Of a stretch of 55,393 nt of DNA, positions 29,111 to 37,453 are shown piece by piece. The position numbers were made by a program, and so were the translations under genes. The notes beneath the pieces are model-generated. The model worked only from the letters and a program-made list of their open reading frames with translations, was not told the DNA's origin and searched no databases. The DNA is taken from contig CAZLZN010000006.1 of the NCBI GenBank assembly GCA_964564035.1, positions 1-55,393 of the forward strand, read 5' to 3'. The stretch is from an uncultured Gammaproteobacteria bacterium. Lineage in GTDB: Bacteria; Patescibacteriota; Microgenomatia; Levybacterales; UBA12049. How positions within the stretch are numbered: the stretch's first letter is position 1; the number at the start of each line of letters is the position of its first letter.

Positions 29111-31324
29111 TTATTGGCCGGTTACGTATATTGAATGTGCTCCTTTCCAAAGCGTGCCTGAATTTATAGTAGACGGCCAGGTGCCAAATGTACGCGATTT
29201 ATAAACGGCACTTTTTGCCGAAACATCATTATATTTCATATTGTTAAGATTGCTTTTGCGGCCGTTTGTGTTATAAAGCAGCCAATAAGAAGTGTTAGCA
29301 GATAAAACTGCGTTAATAGATATTGTATTCCATGAGTTCGCCTGAAGTGTGCCGTTCGAGCTTTTTGAGACTAATGTCCCGGGTTTGCCGCTGCTATTGT
29401 TGGTGTATATCGCCACTTGGTACTGACTATATGGAGCTGAGTCTATTTGACCTACGTAAACAGAGATTGAAGAAACAGTAAGCGACTGGGATCCAACGCT
29501 AACTTTTAATCCGGACATTGAATTTGAATTGCTATTATCAGTTTTGGATCCAATTGTTGTATTACCTAGCTTAACTGCGCTTATCGGTGTTGGGGTGGGG
29601 GACAGTAAGGGCGTTGGAGTACTTGTGGTGGTTGGTGTTGGAGTATAAGTTGGCGGTGGAGGCGTTAATGTCGGCGTCAAGGTTGGGGTTAGTGTCGTAG
29701 TAACGGTTGGTGTCGGATTAGCTCCCAAGGCTGCTGCTTGAAGCTCAAAAGCAGAAGTAAGTGTCTGCCATAGCGGTTTTGTTGTGTACGGCAGCATATC
29801 TTCATAATAATACCACCAGAAATATCCGCCAACGTAATCTCTAACCGGAATACTTAAGCCATAATAATAATTAATCATTGATTCAGCAGGCGCGGTATTG
29901 CTCCCTACAGGATTGGGAAAACCAATTTCACCAAAGCCTAATTTGGAGTTTGGATATATTGCCTTAAGGTTTATAAAAAAATTGGCTAAAACTGACGCGC
30001 TTGGACGGATATTATTACATTGCGATTCGTAATAGCTGACAAAAACATAGTCTAATCCGTTACGCATGTCTGCAGGAACATATTGTTCGGAAAAAGCAAT
30101 CGGGTCCAGTTCGGACGGACCGTTGCCGCATCCGTCATTATACCAGAGCGTTAAAGCACTTTTTTTGTTCGCTGTTTTTACTTGTTGATATGCATCATAT
30201 ATTTTTTCACTAACTGATGAGTAAGGGCCGGTCCAGTTGCCGTTTACCTCATTGCCGATTTCCCAAATGTCTACTTTATCTCCCAATAAAGATAAATAGC
30301 TTTGAGTACGATTGTGATATTGCTGTAAGCTGGAATTTGCCAATCCTTCTGAGTCAAGAATTTCCCCCATGATGTAGCTGACCGGCTGTATTTGATTTAC
30401 CGCATTTAAATAATAACTGGCAGAAACTCCGTCGTCAAAAACAATCCTTGTAGTGGGCATGTGTGACAAGTGAATAGAGGAATCAACAATTCTGGATATA
30501 TTGGCGACGTCATCAACTGTAACCCCATAAATTATATTGGGAAGATCACGCATGCCTGTAAGCGGGGTAGGGGATATTGATGGGGTTGATGTGGTCTGAG
30601 ACACCATTACGTCATCAAAATATACCAATGAATCTTCATTATATAAACCTATCGAACCGCTTGTGTAAGGCGTTTCTGTATCGGTAAAAGTAGTCAATAA
30701 ATTACCATTTACATAAATTGTAATTTGATTTGATTGCTGTGCTACTCTGACGCTATTCCATTGGCCAATTGGAAATGCGGGTGTAGTTCCGGTTGCGAGA
30801 AATCTTTGTGCACCGGGATACGCGGGATCCGCTTTGCCCAATTCCCAGCCGTTAGGCTTGAGTGCAAGATAATAGAAATGTGTATTATCGGTATAATGCC
30901 AAAGAGCCCATGCGGTTTCCCATGGGTTAGGCACCGGGGTGCGCAGTTGCTGCGCTGTTTTCATTTTCAATGAAAAATCTATATCGCTGAATACCGCTAT
31001 GGACGTAACCAGTGATGCATGAGTTTCGGATTCGGTAGTCGACACCATAGGCTGCTGGTATAAAACTTTAGATGCGTCCGAAGCAATGCCAACACTGCCA
31101 AATCCTGTAAAATTTACTCCCCAATTGCTATTCGTACTTCCTTCAGGCCATGATCCAATTGAGTAAGATTCAAAGTCGTCGCTGAAAGCTGTTCCCGCTG
31201 CTGAACCGATTAAGGATTGTCTTTGATTCACACCGATTAGCAACAATGGTATGAGGACAACCACTAATACCAATGAAACAAGAAGCTTCTTATAACCTTT
31301 CTTTTTTCTCCCTTTTTTTAACAC
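29111..31324 (-). CDS. Secreted multidomain protein: LamG/DUF1080-like lectin fold + clan GH-A-like (beta/alpha)8 hydrolase + Pro/Thr linker + C-terminal beta-sandwich
   Basis: N-terminal anchor. FSDDFESYS...HFYYLALKPNGWELGK...WNSVRVAQQSNQITIYVNG is concanavalin-like. DIWEIGNEVNGNW is the acid/base N-E motif of clan GH-A, and GFGEIGFP is a candidate nucleophile. A PT linker precedes an Asn/Ser-rich C-terminal domain. Confidence 0.65.
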   Translation of the reverse strand: MLKKGRKKKGYKKLLVSLVLVVVLIPLLLIGVNQRQSLIGSAAGTAFSDDFESYSIGSWPEGSTNSNWGVNFTGFGSVGIASDASKVLYQQPMVSTTESETHASLVTSIAVFSDIDFSLKMKTAQQLRTPVPNPWETAWALWHYTDNTHFYYLALKPNGWELGKADPAYPGAQRFLATGTTPAFPIGQWNSVRVAQQSNQITIYVNGNLLTTFTDTETPYTSGSIGLYNEDSLVYFDDVMVSQTTSTPSISPTPLTGMRDLPNIIYGVTVDDVANISRIVDSSIHLSHMPTTRIVFDDGVSASYYLNAVNQIQPVSYIMGEILDSEGLANSSLQQYHNRTQSYLSLLGDKVDIWEIGNEVNGNWTGPYSSVSEKIYDAYQQVKTANKKSALTLWYNDGCGNGPSELDPIAFSEQYVPADMRNGLDYVFVSYYESQCNNIRPSASVLANFFINLKAIYPNSKLGFGEIGFPNPVGSNTAPAESMINYYYGLSIPVRDYVGGYFWWYYYEDMLPYTTKPLWQTLTSAFELQAAALGANPTPTVTTTLTPTLTPTLTPPPPTYTPTPTTTSTPTPLLSPTPTPISAVKLGNTTIGSKTDNSNSNSMSGLKVSVGSQSLTVSSISVYVGQIDSAPYSQYQVAIYTNNSSGKPGTLVSKSSNGTLQANSWNTISINAVLSANTSYWLLYNTNGRKSNLNNMKYNDVSAKSAVYKSRTFGTWPSTINSGTLWKGAHSIYVTGQ

Positions 31325-31431
31325 ATGAATATAATAACATTTCGATTAAAAAACCGTCAATAAATATTTATCTTTAAATAATTTTATTGGTTGTATTTCG
31401 TAATGAAGAGACTTAGTAGTATTCTGCTCTT

Positions 31432-32127
31432 TTACACAGCATGTTTTTTAATTCCGCTTATCCAGTGGTGTGCCCGTCTGTTGATCACCAGATATTCGCG
31501 AGTAAGCTGTTCGTTTTCCTGTTTTGCTTGAGCGGTTGTAAAGACATCAGTCGCTATTCGAAGAAAAGGATTGAACATGGTAGCCGCCTGCACAATAAAA
31601 GGTAATTGATCTTCGCCTCTGTCGTGCTTTTTTACTTCGCTAATATATTTCTTATAATTCCCGCCGGTATAATCCGACCGCCTTAATTCTCCGATCTTGA
31701 GCAGATTATCCAATAATTTTAGCTCTGCCGATATCTGATCCGGGAACTCGTCATTTTCATGTTTTTTAAATGATCCCTCTACAATGCCTCTCAGATGATC
31801 GACCATCATATTTTTCGAGAATTCTCCTTTGCCCCATAGCCAGGGCATACCTTTACTCCTTATCATTGAATAGGTTTCTTCCAATGCTTCGTTAAGTACG
31901 ATTAGGTTCAATTTTTTTAGAAGTATTGGAGGATTATACTTTTTTGAAATATCACTTTCTTCGTTGGCAATTAGAATTAGGCCTACCGGGTCGCCTGTGA
32001 TAAATTTTTCGTACTCTACAGAGTTTTCTTGTCTGTACTTAAGCGATAACCATACAGCATTAGAGTCAAGCCTCAGTTGCTCTTGAAGATTATTAATAAG
32101 TAAAGGTTCGGCTTTAGCTTCTTTCAT
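31432..32127 (-). CDS. Hypothetical protein (231 aa)
   Basis: ORF with no recognisable motifs. It lies inside the ribosomal-protein cluster. Confidence 0.6.
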   Translation of the reverse strand: MKEAKAEPLLINNLQEQLRLDSNAVWLSLKYRQENSVEYEKFITGDPVGLILIANEESDISKKYNPPILLKKLNLIVLNEALEETYSMIRSKGMPWLWGKGEFSKNMMVDHLRGIVEGSFKKHENDEFPDQISAELKLLDNLLKIGELRRSDYTGGNYKKYISEVKKHDRGEDQLPFIVQAATMFNPFLRIATDVFTTAQAKQENEQLTREYLVINRRAHHWISGIKKHAV

Positions 32128-32156
32128 TTATTAAATTTACGCAATTTAACCAAAGC

Positions 32157-33008
32157 CTACGCTAATCCTGAGGTTTCTAGCTTGATACCGGGGGACATAG
32201 TGGACTTGAGAGTTATATTTTTTACATTTTTCATCTGTATCGCGCCAATCGCTGCTTTGATATTTTCCTCCAGCTTTTGGTCTCCGAACGAAACCTTGCC
32301 GACAGCCATATGTAAAATAGGGAACTTTGCCTCAGTCTTGAAATTTACCTGCCCGCCCTGGAATTTTTTCGCGATCTCGGCGGGTTTAGGTGTTACAGTC
32401 CCGTTTTTCGGATTTGGCATGAGGCCGCGTGGTCCCAGGAACTTAGCAATTCGTGCGAGTTTAGGCATAGAATCCGGAGTCGCGATCAGGACGTCAAAAT
32501 AAATATCTCCGCCCTCGACTTTTTTGACAATTTCTTCTACATGCTTGGAGTCTTCTGATTGATTAGCTATTTCGATCTTTATCTCCTTACCGGTTCCGTG
32601 TGGGAGTGTCACATTGCCTGATACATTTTTTTCAAGCGTATTTATATGAAGTTCCACGGTCTCATCAAATTTTGCTATTTTGATTTTCGGAAGAATTCCC
32701 AGTGCTTCTTTAAGAGCATACTTTTTATTTTTATCTACAATTTGTAAGGCCGCCAAATATTTATCAGAGCGGGCTTTTTTATTTGCTGATTTAAATTTAG
32801 AAGGTTTAGCTTTTGCTTTCTCAACCGCTTTCTCTATGTTCTCCGGTTTATCCGCGGTTTCTTTTGCAGGGCTTTCTTGATCGGCCTGCGCCGGCTCTTT
32901 CACTTCTTTTTCAGACAATTTTTTTGCCTCGGCCTTTTTAAAAGCCGCTTTTTTATCTTCTTTTTCTTTCTTCTCGTCTCCGAGTGTTCTGACTCTTATT
33001 TTTCCCAT
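32157..33008 (-). CDS. rplA: 50S ribosomal protein L1 with Lys/Glu/Ala-rich N-terminal extension of about 75 aa
   Basis: The core (YALKEALGILPKI...VTLPHGTGKE...DVLIATPDSMPKLARIAKFLGPRGLMPNPKNGTVT...) aligns by eye with E. coli L1. It is preceded by MGKIRVRTLGDEKKEKEDKKAAFKKAEAKK..., with no alternative internal start. Confidence 0.9.
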   Translation of the reverse strand: MGKIRVRTLGDEKKEKEDKKAAFKKAEAKKLSEKEVKEPAQADQESPAKETADKPENIEKAVEKAKAKPSKFKSANKKARSDKYLAALQIVDKNKKYALKEALGILPKIKIAKFDETVELHINTLEKNVSGNVTLPHGTGKEIKIEIANQSEDSKHVEEIVKKVEGGDIYFDVLIATPDSMPKLARIAKFLGPRGLMPNPKNGTVTPKPAEIAKKFQGGQVNFKTEAKFPILHMAVGKVSFGDQKLEENIKAAIGAIQMKNVKNITLKSTMSPGIKLETSGLA

Positions 33009-33055
33009 AATTTATTTGTCTTCAAGTCTAAAGTCTCCATGTCATCAAGTCATTA

Positions 33056-33087
33056 CTTTATAACTTTACGACTTTATAACTTTATGA
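33056..33087. repeat. Four tandem CTTTAYRA octamers between rplK and rplA
   Basis: ctttataa ctttacga ctttataa ctttatga. Preceded by the 7-8-nt periodic words caagtc taaagtc tccatgtc atcaagtc. Confidence 0.9.
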
Positions 33088-33088
33088 C

Positions 33089-33511
33089 TTATTTAACCTC
33101 CACTCCCATGCTTCTTGCTGTGCCCGCGACGATTCTCGCGCCCATAGCAATATCATCTGTATTCAAGTCTTCAAGTTTGTCTTTGGCAATCTGTTCGGCT
33201 TGAGCCATAGACAGAATACCTGCTTTTTCTTTACCCGGCTTTTGTGAGCCTTTTTCTTTGCTGATAGCTTTTTTGATCATCTCGGCAACCGGAGGCTTTT
33301 TAGTTATAAAACTAAATGTCCTGTCAACATAAACCGATATAACAACCGGGAGCACATTGCCTTTCATTTTCTCGGTTCGGGCATTGAATTCTTTCACAAA
33401 CTCCATAATAGGAAGTCCGTGCTGACCCAGAGCAGGTCCGACCGGCGGAGCTGGAGTTGCTTCTCCGGCTTTTATATTTAATTTTATAAGTGTTTTAATT
33501 TTCTTCGCCAT
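33089..33511 (-). CDS. rplK: 50S ribosomal protein L11
   Basis: IKLNIKAGEATPAPPVGPALGQHGLPIMEFVKEFN... is the canonical L11 N-terminal domain. Confidence 0.95.
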   Translation of the reverse strand: MAKKIKTLIKLNIKAGEATPAPPVGPALGQHGLPIMEFVKEFNARTEKMKGNVLPVVISVYVDRTFSFITKKPPVAEMIKKAISKEKGSQKPGKEKAGILSMAQAEQIAKDKLEDLNTDDIAMGARIVAGTARSMGVEVK

Positions 33512-33515
33512 ACTT

Positions 33516-33590
33516 TAGGTTTTAGGGGTTAGGTTCTAGGTTTTAGGCAAATTTACTAAGCCCTAATCCCTAAATACCAAGCCCTGATTA
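33516..33590. repeat. Palindromic pair of heptamer arrays (5 x TAGGNNN, 5-nt spacer, 5 x CYNANNN in inverse orientation)
   Basis: taggttt taggggt taggttc taggttt taggcaa / atttа-like spacer / ctaagcc ctaatcc ctaaata ccaagcc ctgatta. It fills the nusG-rplK spacer and overlaps the nusG stop codon. Confidence 0.8.
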
Positions 33591-34163
33591 AATTTTCTTT
33601 ACTTGCAAAAAGTCTAATTCTACGGGCGTTTCCCGTCCGAAAATCGAAACCAATATCCTGAGCTTACCCGCTTTCTCGTCGATATAATCGATTGTCCCCA
33701 GAAAATCAGTGAACGGTCCGTCTACGATCTTGACTGCCTCACCGACAGTAAATGAAACTTTGTAAAGAGGCTCTTCCATCCTCATGAATTTCTGAATTGC
33801 ATTCACTTCATCCTCAGAAATTGGCGTAGGCTTATTTCCGGCACCGATAAACGATGTAACTCCGGGCGTGCTTCTCACCATGATCCAGGTTTCGTCATCA
33901 AGAAGCATTTTGACCAGAACATAACCAGGAAAGATTTTTTCTTTGACCGTTTCTTTTTTGCCTTGCGAGACTTTGATTGTGTTTCTGGTCGGAACAATTG
34001 TATCGAAAATCCTGTCGTCAAAACCCATCGCCTCGGTCCTTTGCTTGAGGGACCTCGCGACTTTGTTCTCATGACCCGCGTAGGTATGAATTATGTACCA
34101 TTTGGCAAGCTCCTGATTTGCCTTAATTTTTTCCTCACTCGGATGCGTAACTTGTTTGTCCAT
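33588..34163 (-). CDS. nusG: Transcription termination/antitermination factor NusG
   Basis: WYIIHTYAGHENKV (NGN domain) and a C-terminal KOW (GEAVKIVDGPFTDFLGTI). Conserved position between secE and rplK. Confidence 0.93.
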   Translation of the reverse strand: MDKQVTHPSEEKIKANQELAKWYIIHTYAGHENKVARSLKQRTEAMGFDDRIFDTIVPTRNTIKVSQGKKETVKEKIFPGYVLVKMLLDDETWIMVRSTPGVTSFIGAGNKPTPISEDEVNAIQKFMRMEEPLYKVSFTVGEAVKIVDGPFTDFLGTIDYIDEKAGKLRILVSIFGRETPVELDFLQVKKI

Positions 34164-34169
34164 AAATTA

Positions 34170-34349
34170 TTAGAGTATTATACTCATTAGATTCGTAAAA
34201 ATATAGTCCAGTCCGCCTATATAAATACCGATAGCAAAACTCATTATCAGTACTACTATGGTGAGCCTGATTACTTCCTGGCGAGTCGGCCATTTTACTT
34301 GTTTCAACTCGTCGTAAGTTTGTCTCAGGAAAGTAATTGGCGATATCAT
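34170..34349 (-). CDS. secE: Preprotein translocase subunit SecE
   Basis: FLRQTYDELKQVKWPTRQEVIRLTIVVLIMSFAIGIYIGGLDYIF is the SecE pattern. I prefer ATG 34349; the ORF track extends to TTG 34382. Confidence 0.8.
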   Translation of the reverse strand: MISPITFLRQTYDELKQVKWPTRQEVIRLTIVVLIMSFAIGIYIGGLDYIFTNLMSIIL

Positions 34350-34456
34350 GTCAAATACAAAAAATAAAAGCTCCCGCTTCAATTCATCTCATGGAGCCTT
34401 ATCTATAGAATGTATTTTATCAAATGTATCCATGCGTGTAAAGGGGAATAGAAGAC

Positions 34457-34855
34457 CTAAATATTCCAGGGCATAAAAAAACAGTCCTCATCAAACATTA
34501 TATAATCCGCACGGCCGTTGATGACCATAGTTTTTATCTGAGCCGCGTCTTTCAATACTTGTTTGGCAAATTCAAGCGTAGCGCCTGTGTTTGAGCGGTC
34601 ATCAACGAGGAGAATTTTTTTACCTGCATAATTAAAATCAATATGCTTCAGGAGTTCGGGGTTTTTTCTTACCGGATCATTTGAATCATCGCGGTAATTG
34701 ATTCTTATAAACTCGAGTGGTAGCTTGAGATGATTTGCGGCAAGGTAGCCCGGAACTATCCCGCCATGAGCAATCGCGACAACCAGATCAAAGCTCTCTT
34801 CGGGTTTAAATAGTTTTAGTTTGCCTGTGATATCTTCGAATGATTTTTCTTTCAT
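34457..34855 (-). CDS. Phosphoribosyltransferase-family protein (type I PRTase)
   Basis: PRPP-binding motif KILLVDDRSNTGATL. Small (132 aa), purine/XPRT-like size. Confidence 0.75.
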   Translation of the reverse strand: MKEKSFEDITGKLKLFKPEESFDLVVAIAHGGIVPGYLAANHLKLPLEFIRINYRDDSNDPVRKNPELLKHIDFNYAGKKILLVDDRSNTGATLEFAKQVLKDAAQIKTMVINGRADYIMFDEDCFFMPWNI

Positions 34856-35402
34856 AATGCGTGATTTTGGATGCGATAAACGGAACTGCGGTGATTAGTA
34901 AAAAAATTCCCGGATATCCCGCCGCGAAATCCATCTTCGCCAGATTTATATTTGAATTTATAATATATAACAAAAAGTTTCCGTTCAAAAGTGCGAAAAC
35001 TGTCGCGATAAATGCTGTCAAATAAAATTTTTTCCCCGCCAGCATCTCTGTTAATAAACCGCTTACAAATCCAATTCCAATTGCTTTGATAATAACAAAA
35101 GGCAAAATTCCGGCCGGGGGCATTTGAGTAATCGAAAAGCTTACGAGAGGTGCCAGTAATCCGACTAAAAATCCGCAGCGCGAGCCGTATGTCAAACCTG
35201 CAAGTAAACTGAATAAGTATAGGGGTAAAAAAATCTGCCCGGCAATTCCGAACAAATGAAGCACAAATGGCAGTGTAATGCTTGCCATCAAGAGAAGTGA
35301 AATAATTAAGTACAATCTTAACTCCAAAAATCTGGGATAAGTAAGCTTTATCTCGTCTGCAATTACATTTTCTGACGCCGCAGTAGGGGATTCCTGGTCC
35401 AT
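34806..35402 (-). CDS. Polytopic membrane protein (ECF-transporter S-component-like, tentative)
   Basis: Five to six hydrophobic helices. LPLYLFSLLAGLTYGSRCGFLVGLLAPLVSF is reminiscent of S components. The 3' end overlaps the PRTase start by 50 nt. Confidence 0.45.
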   Translation of the reverse strand: MDQESPTAASENVIADEIKLTYPRFLELRLYLIISLLLMASITLPFVLHLFGIAGQIFLPLYLFSLLAGLTYGSRCGFLVGLLAPLVSFSITQMPPAGILPFVIIKAIGIGFVSGLLTEMLAGKKFYLTAFIATVFALLNGNFLLYIINSNINLAKMDFAAGYPGIFLLITAVPFIASKITHYERKIIRRYHRQTKTI

Positions 35403-35499
35403 ACTTATAAACTACAATATCTGCCTAAAATTGTAAAGGCTATTGTATTGAATTACAAAATAGTACTATTATATATCTATATACTTCTTTTGATTTAAC

Positions 35500-37416
35500 A
35501 TGAACAAACCGATATCAGAAGTGAAGCATTCCGATAAAAAACACTCCTGCGTTCACCACGATCATGAATGTTACTATTCGGGTACAAATAAGTCTGTTTT
35601 TTACATACTGTTGGGCGTTCTTTCTCTCGTCTGGTTTATGGTACGCACCGGAACCAAGCCTTCCCGCTTTTTATATCCATGCCAGCAAACCGCGCTGGTT
35701 AATTCGGTTGCGTTTGTGCCCGGACTTTATCCGTTATTGCTCTTGAGCGGAAAAACAGCCGCCAAATTAAACAAGACGTGGACTCTGGGAATTCTGGTCT
35801 TACTGCTGATCTTTACTCTTATAGCCGCTGTGGGCAGGGAATATACCAATCAGACATCCTGGGCGCAGATGGTTCCTAATCAGCCGATGGGTACGCCGGC
35901 CGGTGTCAGCCCCGGCAGGGTAGTTTGGGCTTATGACGAGAACGCGACTACGGGCAATTTTACCCAATATTGGACACAGCTTGACCAGACCAAAGTAGAT
36001 AACATGATCAAAACAGCTCTGATAGCATTATCGGGTGAGAAAACTCCCGGCGCGGCAGTCGCCAGGCTTTTTCCGTGTGGAAATAATTGCTCAGGCAAAA
36101 AGATTGCCATCAAAGTAAATTTCAACAACTCGGGCCGCTCCGACGCCGCGATGGATGCTAACTCTCAGACTGTCAAATCGTTATTAAAATATTTAACCAC
36201 CTCAGAGCCCGGGGTATTTCAGGCTTTCAACCAGCAGGACATTTCTATTTATGACGCGTCCAGAAAAATCCGGGATTATTTCGCGTCGCAGGTAACCGGT
36301 TCATACCCCAATGTTAAGCTGTTTAGCGAAAGCGGTATCGTTTCAAGCGGCGACAATTATGTATTTGACTCAAAATATTGTCAGCCGTCCGGCACTCACA
36401 AAGTCCCGGCAATTGTAAAAGAAGCCGATTATCTGATAAATATGCCTCTCCTGAAAGCGCATACCAATGCAGGAGTAACTCTAACGTTTAAAAATTATTT
36501 CGGAAGCGCGACCGATCCGGTTAGCTTCCACCCATGTATTGACCGGGATATGAAATTTCTGGTAGGACTTTATACGGCTGGAATTCGCAATGCGGACAAT
36601 ACATCTACAACCTTGGCTCAAAAAACAAAACTCATCATAGGAGACGCACTATACGGCAATTTCCATGGCCAAAACAACCCGCCTGACAAGTGGTCATTTT
36701 TCAAAAATGACAGCCCGAACAGTCTTTTTGTTTCTCAGGACCCCGTCGCTGTCGACTCTGTCATGTTCGACCTGATCATGCAGGAGCTGGGAAAATTCAA
36801 TGACGCCAAACAGCAATATCTGGAAGAAGCAGCACAGAGATCAGGCGGAAGTCTCGGTGTCCACGAGCATCCCGGGCTGGCTCCGGGATGTGCGGACTTG
36901 AAAAATCTGCATTGCTGGAAATATACAAAGCTTGAATTCGTCAAATGTGATATATCCGGAAACAAACTGGATCCTTTATGTGCAGGTACCCAAGCAGATC
37001 CCACTCAAGCGCCTCAGCCGACAGCAGTAATCCCGACGTTTGTCTGCGCCGGTGGAGCCAACTGCCCTCCATCCGTTACACCGACCGTACCGGCGTCCGG
37101 CATTACCATAACACAGCCTGCAAGCACATCTCCGATCCCATCAATTTCAACCGCTAATCCAACCCCTACATTGCCGATCTCAAATATTAGCCCGACCACT
37201 GCAAATGGTTCTCCCGCTCCCACTACGCAATCAAATAATCCCACAATTGGTAGCGTCTCTCCGACAGCCGGAGCAATTTTGACACCGGGAAGCGGGCAGA
37301 GACCGACAGCTAGCCCGGGTCGTCCCGGCGGGCAAAACACAGGACTCCTCATCCAGCTATTGGAAATCATAAAGCAGTTAATCGAGCTCCTGACAAGGCT
37401 CTTGAGGTTTCAATAA
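35500..37416 (+). CDS. Membrane-anchored DUF362-domain protein with Pro/Thr-rich linker and shared C-terminal tail module
   Basis: KIAIKVNFNN and DYLINMPLLKAHTNAGVTLTFKNYFGS are DUF362 hallmarks as I recall them. The C-terminal 138 aa are shared with 37454..38788. Confidence 0.7.
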   Translation: MNKPISEVKHSDKKHSCVHHDHECYYSGTNKSVFYILLGVLSLVWFMVRTGTKPSRFLYPCQQTALVNSVAFVPGLYPLLLLSGKTAAKLNKTWTLGILVLLLIFTLIAAVGREYTNQTSWAQMVPNQPMGTPAGVSPGRVVWAYDENATTGNFTQYWTQLDQTKVDNMIKTALIALSGEKTPGAAVARLFPCGNNCSGKKIAIKVNFNNSGRSDAAMDANSQTVKSLLKYLTTSEPGVFQAFNQQDISIYDASRKIRDYFASQVTGSYPNVKLFSESGIVSSGDNYVFDSKYCQPSGTHKVPAIVKEADYLINMPLLKAHTNAGVTLTFKNYFGSATDPVSFHPCIDRDMKFLVGLYTAGIRNADNTSTTLAQKTKLIIGDALYGNFHGQNNPPDKWSFFKNDSPNSLFVSQDPVAVDSVMFDLIMQELGKFNDAKQQYLEEAAQRSGGSLGVHEHPGLAPGCADLKNLHCWKYTKLEFVKCDISGNKLDPLCAGTQADPTQAPQPTAVIPTFVCAGGANCPPSVTPTVPASGITITQPASTSPIPSISTANPTPTLPISNISPTTANGSPAPTTQSNNPTIGSVSPTAGAILTPGSGQRPTASPGRPGGQNTGLLIQLLEIIKQLIELLTRLLRFQ

Positions 37417-37453
37417 GAATCATTAAAATAGCTTTGGAATATCCTTCATATAA

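Noticed and set aside
34806-34855. The 50-nt overlap between the membrane protein and the PRTase gene, as a possible frameshift or fusion.
   Set aside because: The two frames differ, both proteins look complete, and there is no alternative start for the PRTase. It is treated as a genuine overlap, but the 3' end of the membrane gene is uncertain.
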